Source: Ascidiella aspersa
Lineage: Eukaryota
Reading direction: 5' to 3'
Assembly (NCBI GenBank): GCA_963924565.1
Contig: OZ004613.1
Coordinates: 11,594,001-11,658,000 of the forward strand
Length of the DNA: 64,000 nucleotides
Part shown: in pieces, positions 10,657-23,520 of the stretch
Numbering within the stretch: the first letter of the stretch is position 1
Layout of the letters: each line of letters begins with the position of its first letter
Position numbers and translations under genes: made by a program
The notes under the pieces: model-generated
Database searches by the model: none
What the model was told of the DNA's origin: nothing
The model's input: the letters and a program-made list of their open reading frames with translations, nothing else

Positions 10657-13553
10657 ATGTCGCACCTGAAAGTGTTATTTCTCGCTGCCGTGCTGTTGCT
10701 TCTAATTTTCGCCGAACATGGATTAGCAAGAAGATGGGGAGGATCTAGACGCGGAGGATCGTACCGGAGGACCTCTGGAAGCTTATACTCTTCCTCTTCA
10801 AGTCGCAGGTAAAGCGAAATTCTAAAACGAATTTTTAAGTTCCCAAGGACGTAGGCCTATACTATAAGTTTTTTCTGCTTTAAATACCAGATATTCGCCT
10901 TGAATTTGGATTGTGCTGCCTGACTTTTGATTGAGGCTTCACCTGGCAAGTCGGTTGGCCAGAAATGCACTGTTTTTCCTACAAATGTTATCACCGTTAA
11001 TCCCAGTGTTTTTTTCTGTTTCATCAGTGGATGTTCTCTTTCAGACCTCTTTGTGAACCCCAGAGGCATCGATACACCGGTTGAGAAACCCTGTCTTGCC
11101 TGTGTTTTTTTCGTCAAATAATTAAACTATAGTTTCTTTTTATGGACAATGTCTTATTTCATGTCCACTTTGCTAAAATTTATTTTCAAGTTTTTTTTTT
11201 ATCAAAAAGACATACAATTTTACGTATTTTCAGATCCTCGCTGCAGAATCTTGTTGTTGTGTCTGCCGCAGTGAAGCTTGCCAGGCCCCGTTATCGCTCT
11301 GACAGTACACCCGACGCCGATTTCGAGTGAGATTTTATCGCAAACGGTTGTTTATTTGCAATTCATTTTTCAATAGTTTGTTTTAGTATCCGTGCTTATT
11401 TATGTAAAACGAAATATAAGGTGGACATAAAAATACTTATAGTCCTATAACAGTATCGTTCAACTAACGTAAAGAATTTGAAGGTAAAGTCATAAAGCTC
11501 GTGACTAAAGTTTTTACCTTGTCGTAAACCATAATAATATTACAACTGGGCTTCCTTGTTTAATCACGTTAACAAAGATGATAATTTGAAAATAACATAT
11601 GTGAAGTAAAATATTATTTTTTGTCTTTAAGTTGATTTACACAAAGGTGTTTTTTTCAAGTGTAAACTAAATTTGTTTGTAATTATTGTTTTGTTGGGAA
11701 ATCATTGCTAATGCAGATTTTTCGAAACGGATGATTTGGACGAGGAGTTTAATGTAAACTACAATCAATATGATACGGCGTTCATCGCAGCTCACTCCAA
11801 GGAAGATTTGTCAGACTGTCTCATTGTACCCAAGAATATTGGTAAGCATACATAAAAATAAAGCATATTTTCGTCAAAGTATATTACGGATTTCAATCAT
11901 TCTAAGAGCGTTTCAAATACGTTACATTTTAATGCCGAACTTATGTTAAACTTAATGTATTAAACCGATCTCTTTTATGTCGGACAATCGAGGGAACTTA
12001 AACCACGGTTTTGCCAGTATTAAATGGGGGAAAGATTAGTGAAAGGTAACAAAACAAATTAGGACAACATTTTAGGCGTCGGGTCACAAGATAGGACAAC
12101 ATTTTTTTCAGTATAGTGTGAGCTTTACATAAAACGGATTTACAATAACTTTTTTGCAGTATTAAGTTTAATATTAACTTCGATTAGTCAGCCATTTTTC
12201 AGTTTGTGTGTTTACATTTCTAAACTAACCCAAAAAAACGATGTAAAGTGTAAAAGGAACTGATATGTCAACAAAAAGATTCTGCTTTTGCGTTTACTGA
12301 TATTTTCGACTGACTACTGATTATAGCCACTTTGCTACTTGGTCCACAATGAACGCCAAACAAACTGTAGACTATAGGGATTGCCTTATACGCCAAATTT
12401 TTACGAAAAATACATTCGACGGTAAATTCAATCTATAGCAGTGGTCCTCAAACTTTTTTACCTATGGCCAACCCCTTATGCTTCGAAGCGGAAATTCACA
12501 GTTCGTTAAATAACTCAAATATTTAGTTCGGTTGTCGTGAAAAATATTGCTCCAAATAATAATAATTATATCTATCAAACCATTAAATAAGAGACGTTGT
12601 GTGGACCCCTTGAATATTCTGGATCCCACTTCAAGAACCACTGATCTGTAGCAATGATAATTATAAAGACTAATGTGTATTGGAAAATGCTTTTTGCTAC
12701 TGTCCGTAATGCATCAATTGACACCATCAACATTTTAATTTGTGAGAAATATTTGATGAGCCTGTTATACTGTTAGCAACACCGTTAAAACAGTTTATCT
12801 AAAAAAGGGTTGGACAACTATGAAAGTAATATTTTAGCACAAAGTGTTGAGAGTCTACTGAAGGTGGACACAGCTTATGAAATTTTAGAATCACTGATTT
12901 TAACCAGGTCTGTCAAGTCAGGGTCGGACTCAGAGATTGGGGCTGAAATAAAACTACGTAAGACTACCCGATTTCCGAGTCCGAAGTGCACATGTGCAGC
13001 ATCAGATTTGAAATTCTTAAGGCCGCAAACTGTAAATCGTAAGGGTGTCAAAGCATAAGCTGGAATTTTCACCCGCATAGTACAAGAAGGTGAGCTATAT
13101 GACACCCCTAGTGGATTGATGTGTGTCCACTTTTTACCCTATTTTTGTTACGTAACAATTTGGAATACAAAATATACAGTCGGAACCGGACTCAGGAGTC
13201 GCGGTCGTTATTCTTTTTTCTCGCCTGAGTCGGACTCGCTTTCAACCGACATCGCAGCAGCGGTATTAACCTTTTGTAACGCAATTATAAGCGACAATTG
13301 TAGCCGAAACGATGTAGTATTTTTGTATTCAGATGCCCAGCAGTGTCCGGCTTACTTTAACAGCAAAGTAACCAACACCACACGCTTTTCTTTTCCCGAC
13401 GAGTTTCCCGAGATTTCCGGTATGCAAAAAAATCCGATCAGTGACATTAATGTTTGTTGTCACGCATTTGCTTTGAAACAATCGATTTTATTTGTCGCTG
13501 TGTTGACTTCGTTACCAATCCTAGTGCATCGTTGCTTCAAGTTCATGGAATGA
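10657..13553 (+). CDS. Secreted, probably GPI-anchored protein of about 196 aa: signal peptide, Arg/Gly/Ser-rich segment, short hydrophobic segment, acidic segment, 4-Cys region and hydrophobic C-terminus
   Basis: Exons 10657-10808, 11234-11326, 11717-11841 and 13333-13553 are GT-AG and in frame (591 nt). Translation: MSHLKVLFLAAVLLLLIFAEHGLA-RRWGGSRRGGSYRRTSGSLYSSSSSRRSSLQNLVVVSAAVKLARPRYRSDSTPDADFEFFETDDLDEEF...DCLIVP..QQCPAY..NTT..NVCCHAFALKQSILFVAVLTSLPILVHRCFKFME*. Confidence 0.75.
12439..12643. mobile_element. hAT-type MITE
   Basis: TIRs cagtggtcctcaaa / ttcaagaaccactg, with an 8-bp TSD atctatag / atctgtag (1 mismatch). Confidence 0.75.
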
Positions 13554-14849
13554 AAGCTACAAAAAATGCGAGAAAATGAAGTCGATAACTGTAGGACTAC
13601 ATTATTTATGCGATTTTTGTACAGACACCAATCGATTAAAAAAATGTATATCATTCTGAACTTTTCCGTTGCTCACTAAGATGTTCGATCAAACCTTTTC
13701 AGAATAATATCATCTAATTAGAATCTCATTTTTTAGCAAATAGCATTTACGCGGTTTAACTGCTTTCAAAAAGAGAGGCTATTAATTAGGAGCTCGAGAA
13801 CGTGAGAATGTTAGTCTTGAAAAAATACATTTTCCCTTCTTCTAATACAAAAACGGACATTTCGCTCCTTTAATGCTTTTCAAATAAAATATTAAAAAAA
13901 TACTTTTAAGTCCAATCTGTGTTTATTATTATTTTCTTGTACAGTTAAATAAAAAGCAATACATCGAAGCATAGAAAAATACGAAGCCAACATAGTAACG
14001 CTATGATGAAACGTACAGTATATGTTTTTCAACATTTTCATTCCCTTATGTTTTTGCTCCTTTAGCCAAAAAATGATTTTGCGCCTTTCGGGCGTTGTGA
14101 TATCGTTACTAAATGCTTTAGAAATGATCAGTTATACTGACAATATTGCTCTTGTTATCCTGATTGCTTATTAAATCATGACGAACATAGGATTTCTGCC
14201 AACTGAGCAAACACGACAAAATGCAGCCATTTTTTGCAACTGTATTTACTGTTAGAGGCTGACGATTTTCCCCGCTTTGTTTTTCGTACCGTTTTTTAGT
14301 GCAGTAGGTCGACTTAGCTTCTGTTAATAAACAAGTAAAAAATGAAAATGAGCAAGGGCAAATTACTTTATTGGCATTTCGTACTGTAGCGCGCTACATC
14401 TCAAAATGAGCCAAATGTGTAAACTTAATAAAGAGATGCAGTTGGATTAAGGCAAAGCTTAACAAGTACCATAACGCAAAGAAGAAAAACGATACGACAA
14501 ATAGATAAGCAAAAAGATACAAAATTTAACATCATGTAAACATTTACTAATGGTACACGTTAGTGGTTAGAAGTATAATTTTTTAGGTAAAATCTCAAAC
14601 GTCTACCAAAAAGTATTTAAGCGCGCAACACGAATCTCTCACTAGACGTGCTAACATTTTAACGCTTTAAACAGATTTCAAACAAATTGCCGGACATAAG
14701 TACACTTGTGCGATAAACCGGCAGTGGTTAGAGATAATCAAGACCCAATCTTCGTATAGTTGTTTTCCCGCATAGGGAAATGCAAGGTTTAAGTAATTCG
14801 TAAGAAAGTTGTGCCTCATGGCCGACAATCTGTTGTTAAATCTATTGTA

Positions 14850-15156
14850 ACAGCAAATACTCTAGCAAAGCTAGCAATTCAGGTCAGACATAATATACAG
14901 ATATATATATTTCGCCAATCAAGGCATCGCCGGATATCTTAAATCGAAATCATTCATTCGAATTAAGATATACTGACGATGCCTTGGTTGGCGAAATATA
15001 TACCGTATAGCCTATATCTTTTAAGATCTGTTATTGTGTCTGACCTGAATTGCTAGCTTTGCTAGAGTATTTTGCTGTTACTGATCAGGAATTAAGGTCG
15101 ACATTTATCTTGCAAGGGTCAAGGTGATTTCTATTATTCACATATTAAACGCAACA
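14850..15156 (+). mobile_element. Foldback Penelope pseudo-LTR-like element with two opposed hammerhead motifs and a 13-bp target-site duplication
   Basis: An inverted arm at about 14850-14950 pairs with 14955-15080, followed by an unpaired tail of about 75 nt. It is flanked by taaatctattgta at 14837-14849 and 15157-15169, and is homologous to 76-372. Confidence 0.8.
14965..15020 (+). ncRNA. Minimal type I hammerhead ribozyme motif (core intact, 10-nt insertion before the 3' strand of stem I)
   Basis: aagatata CTGACGA T GCC ttggtt GGC GAAA tatata [ccgtatagcc] tatatctt. The opposite arm (about 14900-14940, minus strand) has a mutated core (cCGGCGA). Confidence 0.6.
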
Positions 15157-15668
15157 TAAATCTATTGTATATAGAACTAATTTTGAAAATATAACTAATT
15201 GTGCATAATATACCGTACAAAACTATTTGAAATACTCAAGGTAAAATCGACGTCACGTAAGGTAAAATTGACAATAAGATATGTTTCTAAAAGAAAGTAC
15301 TGATAAAACAAGATATGACAAAGACTGATCTGTGGTTTAATGAACTGTTGGCAAACTAGTTTGCAACGGTGACACTGAACTTTTTAGTGGTACATGATTT
15401 AACGATTCACATATATTCTATAAGCCAGTGGTTATAAAAAAATGACTTCTTTTTGATTATTGTGTAAATTATTTGACAGCTTAGTTCGCATGTTTTAAAA
15501 TTTAGGATATTTGTATAGTACCGTTGTATATAATTTCTTGTTTTAAAATTGATCGGAGCCTTTAGGAATTCAACAAAAACAGGAGAAGGTCGAACAACCA
15601 CTGCTAATAATACCAAAAAACAGACAAAAAGAGCTATGTTGTGAGCGTTGGTGCAACGAACTCGGTCA

Positions 15669-18600
15669 CTACGACTCCATACGCGCTCGCCTGGGCCTGG
15701 GCGGGTAAGCTTTTAGCACCGGGTTGACGGGTCGCTTCTCCTGGCCGAAGTAATGGTCGCAGTTGAGCAGCGGACAGTCGCTATACTCGATGACGTAGTC
15801 GTAGTAGAGCGTCATCGCTCGCGGTTCGTGCTCGGGTCCGCCTTGGAAGCCACACTCCCAGAGAAAGTGCGAAGGCGGAAGGCAGTTCTGCTGCTCGCAT
15901 TCCCTGGGAATACGTTCGACGTTTTGTTGGGCGCTTTGAAAAGAACCTGTTTCTACTTTTTAAACACGGTTTGAAGCTGTCGTTCACTTTTATAGTTAGC
16001 ATTTTCAACAAGCTTTTGTGAGAATTTTTTGTCACTTTTTCAGTTATATGGCTGCTTTACCAAGCGTCAGTATAATTGAAAGAGTGGAAACCTCCAAGTT
16101 GTCAATTTGGCATAGTACAAACCGCAATACATTAAATGCACAGTTTTTTTTCTAATTTATGTCTTGTTTTAGTAAATAAATTGGCCGAAATCAAAGGGCC
16201 CTAAATGACATGAACACTTAAGCCAAGTCCCAGCCCTAATGCTCTCTTCTCTAATATCTTAAATGGATTTTGTACAAAATATTATAACATGTATGACTGT
16301 TTGGCATGGAGGCGCCACTAAATTGTGACAGAATCCAATGTTTTTTTTCTTGATCACTTACTTGTCTACGAAGACCATCATTTGCCCGGTGGTCACGTGA
16401 CCAAGTTCGCCAATCAGTTTGGTGAGCGTTCCAACCGACATTGAGGTGCGCACAGTTGCCTGGAAGTGAGCAGGGTGCTTTTCCACGTGATCGAAAGTCG
16501 CCAGTCTCATGTTCAGCTTCAGAAATCTGAAAGGCGAGGCGGAAATCTCGTTTTTTCGCTGGAATAACCGTCCATTTTTCATTTCTTTGTATTTTAATTC
16601 AGTGCATATACGACCGCAGACGTCCGGATAAATATGAAGAGCGTTGACAGTTGAGTTTATATTTAGTTCTATGAAATGCTTGGATTCGTCAAATATAGGT
16701 AGTGAATGATTTAAATCTTAAAACAAGGTTGTCTGTTGAAACTGGCGTACGGAAGTTTGCGAACAACTGCTTTAGCATGAAAATTTATTTTATTTAACTT
16801 TAAATGGAACACATATGAATTGTTGGACAAATTTATGGACTTTGTTTTGCATGGCAAACACTTGTAAATGTTTAAGGTGCACGATAACTAAATATGACTT
16901 ATTGCATTTTGGTAGATTATTTTATTTACTTTTCTTTCTTACCTCGGCCTATCAGAATGTAGAGGATCGGGAAGTGTTTTCTTGCCACCCGTCTTGGTGG
17001 TGATAATCTCCGGCACGTAATCGTCAGGAGTCAACTTTGTTCCTTCCCCGCCTCCTCCAACTTCTTCTTCATTGCCTTCTTCTTCGCCCTCTTCGTCTCC
17101 TGTTTCATTTTGGAAAATCTTTTACTTTAAAAAGTGAGGAAAGGCCTTGTCGGTGAAAATGCGGCAAATCAGACTAACCGGAGTATACTGCCATGCGGCA
17201 AACATAATGAAATTTTTCCAACTATACGACCGGTAAAATATGTCGACGATATTTACTAGGCAAAGTTTAAGTGCCAAGCATTTGTTTGGCCCTTAGAGGT
17301 CCTGCAGATTCAAGTTAGGTTAAAAATAAACAAAACAAGTAAAATAGCGCTTATAATTAAATCGGATGCGTTTGTGCATGTATGTTTGCTTTTATTTCCC
17401 CAAATTTAGTCATCAGTAGAATCAAACCAATTAAATATTGACATACATATATTGATGTCTAGTCCATAGCGGTTAGTATAAGGACAATTAGAGCTTTTCA
17501 TCTTTGATGTCCCTAAATATTGTTTCAAAGGTACTTAACACTTCTTAATGCTATGTTCTTTGGAAACTGAACTTGGCGTCTTGTTGAAACCAAAAACCCT
17601 TTAATTGTCTAACTGGGACTTGAACTTAAATCTTTAAAGGTGAATAAAACGTCAACTTACCTTGTGTGGTCCTGTTATGAACTCCTCGCTCAAAACCGCA
17701 ATACTCGATAAACCCTGTATCTTCCGGATCCAGGATTGTGGTCAAGGCGTGTATCTCCAACTCAGTTAATGGACATAAGAGATCGTGAATCCCTAAAAGA
17801 GAGCAAATTGGAAAATGGGTGGTGTCACATATCTATTAAAGAAAATAAATATTTTATCATTCATACGTCTTTAGTCGCTTAATTTAGTTATGTAGAAACA
17901 ATTTTTTTACCGTTTTGAAGTGGTTAAATTTAATTATTGCTAATTTAAGAAAAAATTGGTGGTTTTTATTGTCCAAAATATTCTTTCGCCTTTAAAACCG
18001 GGCAGCACCATAGCTTTCAACCTTTTAATGTTTCAAAAAAATTGTGTAAAAAAATGTTTACATTTTTCCGAGAACACAGGGCGGCGTCTTTCAAATAATT
18101 TAAACCCTTTCTGTGCTTTTAACTTTTCTGTACCTTTAGTATAGTAGGGGCTATTCTAAAACTCGAGAATAAAGGGTGTATTCGGATTGAAAATATGTGT
18201 CAGTATACCTGCTCGAAATACTTCACTCGGGACGACACCGTCGTCTTCTCTGTCAAAGTTTTTAAACAAATTCTCAACATCCTCTTTGCTTCTTATCATC
18301 CATCGGTTCGCCTTGTCCAGAAACTTTTCGTACTCGTTTTGGTTGTTTGCGAACTCGATAAGTTTCTTGGCCGCCTTTGCCTGCAACGACGAGCATCACA
18401 TATCACAAAAAGTAGTAAAATCAACATGCGATTATCAGAATTAAAGGTTTTAATCGTCTTTCATAAATAATAATAATATCTACACTTCATATTTAAGCTG
18501 GAATTCATCAAAGAACTATTAGCAATTTTCGATATAAATTTTTCACAAGTTTCATGTTAATAATTTGAGCTATTACAATACAAACTTGAAAACAAAATAT

Positions 18601-19872
18601 TAAAGACACAACCTATAAGACAAAGTAGTTTATAGTCACGGACAAAGCAGTACAGGACGTCCAATTATTTAAACCGTTGCTATACAAAGCATCCTATAGC
18701 CTCGTTAACCTACAGCCGCCTTTTCTTCCTTGGTAAGTTTTGCTTTCTTGGGTTTCTTCTTCTTTCCTATCCCAAGTTGTGCCCCGTCTCCGTCGAGTTG
18801 CAAAGTTTCATCCCCCGTTGGCTCGGCCTTGCTCTTCTTTTTTGCCCTGACAATAAACATATCTTAAACAATAATCATTTTTATAGTGTTGTTGTAGCCT
18901 ATTTCTAACATATATATCGCGTTTTGTAAAACACTGTACGACAAGTTAGTAGTTTGAACCATGATATAAATTGATAATTTGTTGATGTAGGCATTGTTTT
19001 TTTTAAGGTGTTTTTGGGGACCGAAACGGTCCCTCAAATTTCTCCAGTGGTTTCCCAAATTTTGGACTTGCAATTTTTTGGTATTTAAATGAAACACTTG
19101 TGGTATCTTAAAACTACTTAGCGGTCACCCAAACCAAATCTTACAAAAAAAAACTGGATGTAGGCTAAACCAGGGGTTTGCAAATTTTTGAGCAGACGGG
19201 CCAATTACGTGTATCCGGTCAGTCCATAGGACAAATATGTGCATGCTTGTTTTTTTAATCGACCTTACCTAATTTAACTGACTTTAGTACGAGCACCCTT
19301 GAAAATGAATAAACAGATCCCTGTATACGAAACGTACCAAAATGGTTTATTTTTTAAAACATATTATTTAAAACATTTATTTAAATGGCTCAAGAAACTA
19401 CTAGTGAGAGTATCTATGTCACGGGATACACATATTTGTTCTATGAGCCACGTTTGCGTTGCGAACTGCAGATTGCACACCTCTCATGTAAACAGCTCGC
19501 GTTGTTCCAATCAATGCAAAATATTAAAATTAATTAAGCAGCTGTATGTATTCATTACGTTGCATGTTAAATTGTATTCAATATTCTTTGAGTAAACAAA
19601 AAATACTTCAACACAAACTACTTAATAAAAAATGGTAAATTAATTATAATTACCAAAAACAAAAACATTACCATATTGCCATACATATTCATATGCGCAG
19701 GGTTAAATTATATAACTAAAGATAAGTTGGTAGCTCATTAGTTCACCATATACCAAAGTAAGGAAGATATCGATCGGAAATGTTCACACATTACACAAAA
19801 ATAGCCTAGCAATATATTTCGAAAAGCCATTTTATAGGCTACTTACTTTTTCTTTCCTTTCTTTTTCACCAT
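15669..19872 (-). CDS. EF-hand pair plus C-terminal ubiquitin-like domain protein with a Lys-rich N-terminus (uncharacterised)
   Basis: Exons 19872-19847, 18846-18714, 18380-18209, 17792-17661, 17099-16943, 16526-16362 and 15903-15669 are GT-AG and in frame. EF-hand-like loops: FKNFDREDDGVVPSEVF and ILDPEDTGFIEYCGF. An acidic linker precedes the C-terminus FLKLNMRLATFD..HPAHF..LWECGFQGG..TLYYDY..DCPLLNCDHYF. Confidence 0.8.
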
Positions 19873-20771
19873 TTTGAGGTCAGGTAAAATCTTAAGTTAT
19901 AGTAAGTAAAAACTAGTTGTAACACAATAATACCCCATCATTTTGGGTGCACAGAACTTCAAAAGCAACAACAATAGTAAAGCTTGTTATGGTAAATTGA
20001 GAAAGAACGCGTACCTTCGTCACGCATTAGTGCGTAAAATGTTGCCTATGAGAAAATTGAGTGGTAACCTCTCATAAAAATTCAAGATTACTGTAGGTTG
20101 TATCGAATCGTCAACATTAGCTATTTTTACCATATCGTAGTGCTCTACGCAATAAAACTAATAGAAAACTACCAAACTTATATCCAAAGTAGAAATTCCA
20201 CACCCATGATATGGAATAAGCAATTTAGGTTAATAAACACCTTTAATACTAGAATTGAAGCATAAGAAAGTTGAACATTTTCCCTAACATTTGTTGCATT
20301 CAATAAGGAAAATAATATTTGTTTAAATACGTTTAAAATAACAAAGTTTATCGGAAAAAGCTAATATTCATAAACGGTATTATCAAAAATAAAAGTTTTT
20401 TAAAATTGTTAGATGAATGTGCAACAAATTGGACAGATTAAATTAATGGGAATTACGATATATATTTTTTGTGAGTTAAAAGTTACGCAATGAATGATAC
20501 CTTAGCAACAAACATCTGCCTATAAACTCAAAACAGCTTGAATATAGCCATAACAAAAAATTGACAAATTTTGATACGCCCTATAAACCATTAAAACAGT
20601 AGTAGCGAGACTAGTGGAAGTCACGTGATTTCACGCTTGATCAGGGCGAGTCACTTTCAGAAATAATGGCTGGCGGTGATACGAAAACTTGTATTCTAGC
20701 TTAAAGGACATATGGTATAAATTGATTACTTATATCTAGTGAATATACCAATGTAGGCACCTATGAAATGC

Positions 20772-22560
20772 CTTTTGAAAAAATGGACAGGGGTGATCAC
20801 ATCCTTAAGCGATTGAATGATATAATGGACGGCTATATTGGCAACTGAAACAAAATGATTGTCGCCTGTTATAACTCCGTTTATTAGCCTGTAGTAAAAG
20901 CCCTTGTACTCCGTAAGTACGCTTGCCAACAGCCAACAGAATACAACGAGTTGAGTAAGTATGACACTGAAAATTCCTTTAACACTGAAATTAGTATGTT
21001 TGCTTAGGGCTAGGGATGTGATCACCCCTATCCTTTTTTTTAAAGATGCATAGACGACATACTATGGATATCTTCAGGAACTGACACCACGAGACAGATA
21101 CCAAGTTCTCTTCAAATACAATTTAAACATTACGGCCTCTCTATTACGTTTAGAAAGGTATCAACTGCAGAAGAAGGAAAGGCTTTGGAATTTCTCGATG
21201 TCATTCATATTATGACAAAAAGCTCACCAAAAGGTTTTATTACAAGGGGTTATACTAAACCGACGGCAAGCGGGCGTCATTTTCTCAATGGTTCGTCACA
21301 TCACCCTCCATCAGTTTTTAAATCTATTGTTTTTGGTGCGAAACGATTCGCATGCGCCGCTTAAAATTGGATATGGATTATAAAAACAGCCTTAACAGGT
21401 TAAAGCAAAAGAGTATCGTTTCTGGTTTTCATCGGGGAATGACGGTGGACGTACTTCACATTGCAGAGTTTTGGAAAGAACGTTTTGGGCCGAAAGGTAA
21501 AACAAAGCATCATCGCATTGTTTGGGCTACCGCTTTTCTATCGCGCATTTCGTTAACGCAAAAGGATAAAGCGATGGATCCCCTTGCCTGCATCGCATAC
21601 AAAATACCGCCCACATTGGCACATTTCCTCACAAATTTTAAAGGTATGTCAAGAATGAAAACTGGTGATACAATTGGTTCTTCGAGTCTATGTGGTAAAT
21701 GTGCTCTTTGTGGCAATTTTGGTAAACACCGAACCATGGTGCAACACACTACTGTTTTAACTACACCTACAGGTAGTGTGCAGCTACGTCAAAATTTGAC
21801 GTGTAGCCATTACGGCATTTATGTGGCCACCTGCAAGAAGTGTGACAAGCAGTATGTCGGTCAAACTAAAACCAAGTTTTCCACACGTTGGAATGCTCAT
21901 CGAGCAACTTGGAAGACGTTTGATCATTCGGCCAACAACGACCAAGCTGCGCTCTTACGTCACTATGCACATCAACATACTACCACACTGCAAAGAAAGC
22001 CGCACGTACACCAATGATTTGTTGTTGTATTTGTACGAATGCCGCCAGTCAGTCTTTTGGATATTTTTGAAGATAAATGGCTTAATAAAATCTAAGCCGA
22101 AATAAATATCTAAAAAAGGATAGGCTACTACCACGCGTAAGGTAATTTTTTTGTCCAGGGATTGTTTTTGTCCCGTTTTATTTATTTCCATTAATGATAG
22201 CTCTGCGACACCGTTTGATAACATGCTTATCAGTTTGGTGTTTTTTCTCTTTCTTTCCGTTTTTTCACGTTGTCATTTAAAGCCATTCGCTAGTTGCTGC
22301 TTTTGCATCTGACATCTGCAGGTGTTTCATGATTTTAGACCTATACGCAATCCTACTATTTATTTTATGTATTTTACTTTTTAACTACTAATATTGGCAT
22401 TTTTACATATTTGTTTTTCTACAGAAAGTGACGATGCCTTATAGGCGTAATATATATTTCTGAGAGATTTTAAGAAATGATTTCATGTTTTATCTGTTTT
22501 AATAAATAACAGTTTTAAGATCTTAAATTAAAGTTTTCATTCTTCGATCCTATATGTTGC
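20772..22560 (+). mobile_element. Decayed Penelope-like retroelement (RT C-terminal half, GIY-YIG endonuclease and 3' pseudo-LTR), 5'-truncated with an inverted 5' segment
   Basis: The plus strand gives IDDILW..EFLDV..YTKPT..FLNGSSHHP, a frameshift, then CGKCALCG..TCSHYGIYVATCKKCDKQYVGQT..RWNAHR (GIY-YIG), with in-frame stops after 22014. The minus strand at about 21012-20772 encodes the upstream RT motifs (YYRLINGVITGDNH.VSVANI). End coordinates are approximate. Confidence 0.9.
22422..22462 (+). ncRNA. Degenerate hammerhead ribozyme in the Penelope 3' end
   Basis: cagaaa gTGACGA T GCC ttata GGC GtAA tata TA tttctg. Stem I (cagaaa/tttctg) and stem II are perfect, but two core substitutions make it probably inactive. 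Confidence 0.7.
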
Positions 22561-23157
22561 ATATACTTTTGTAGTAATTACATTTTAGGTTAATTTTGAT
22601 TTTTGAAGGTCCACCGGTCCGCAACATTTGTTTTGAAATTTTACCGGTCCGTAAGCTTAAAAGGTTGAGAACCACTGCTGTACAGAACAGTGTACAGTGT
22701 TGTCACATTGGTCCTTTTGAAGGACGGAATCATGGATGGGGTACCAGGCCATGCGCATCAAAATATATTTTGCCAACTTTTACTATATAAACGCAAATTT
22801 GTTCACTTCGCACGAATTTTTTTTTCATTTTAGTGCTTTAAAGAAATTATTCCTGACGTTTATGAGCCAGGCGAGAGCAAAGTTTAAACTTTTTAAGTGC
22901 AGCATAAGCTGCTAAGCTAAAACCATCAATCTGCACATGCTTTAACAAGGATTGTCATTGGTATTAGAATGGTATTATAAGTTGCAAACAATCAAACATT
23001 CCCAGCATTACCGTTAACGACCAACGTTCAAAGTTTAGTTTGGACATTATTATCTCAACCTGTCTGTTTCGTAACCAATAAGATTTACACTGCTTTGTGA
23101 CGTAGCCTAACTCACTACAGAAAATGCCTCAGTCAATATCAGTTTATCTACTGCCAT

Positions 23158-23520
23158 GCAGGGCTTCGGAATCGGACTCAGGATTTGAAACTCGACGGAG
23201 TCGGTTTGTTTTGCTGGAGTCGCACTCGGGACTCGAGTTAGACTACATGAGTACCGAGTCCGACGTGCGCATGCGCAGTACGACATTTCGAAACTGATCG
23301 CAATCTGTAAAACTATAAAGGTGGAAATAAAGTAGTGCCACAATCTGTAAATTGTAAAGGCGGGATAGCATATGGTTGAATATTTTTCAGCCATAGGGGG
23401 ATGAATTGTATGACAACCCTATGAGTGGAATACTGTATATTCACCTTAACTAAGGTAAAATACAGGATGTAGATTCGGACTCGACAAATTCGCACATTTG
23501 GCCGGAGTCGGACTCGAAAC
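23158..23520. repeat. Interspersed repeat rich in gagtcggactc motifs (non-autonomous DNA-element-like); related sequence at about 12920-13240
   Basis: Repeated (c)ggagtcggactc / gagtccga motifs and a tgcgcatgcgca-like core occur at both loci. Confidence 0.5.
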
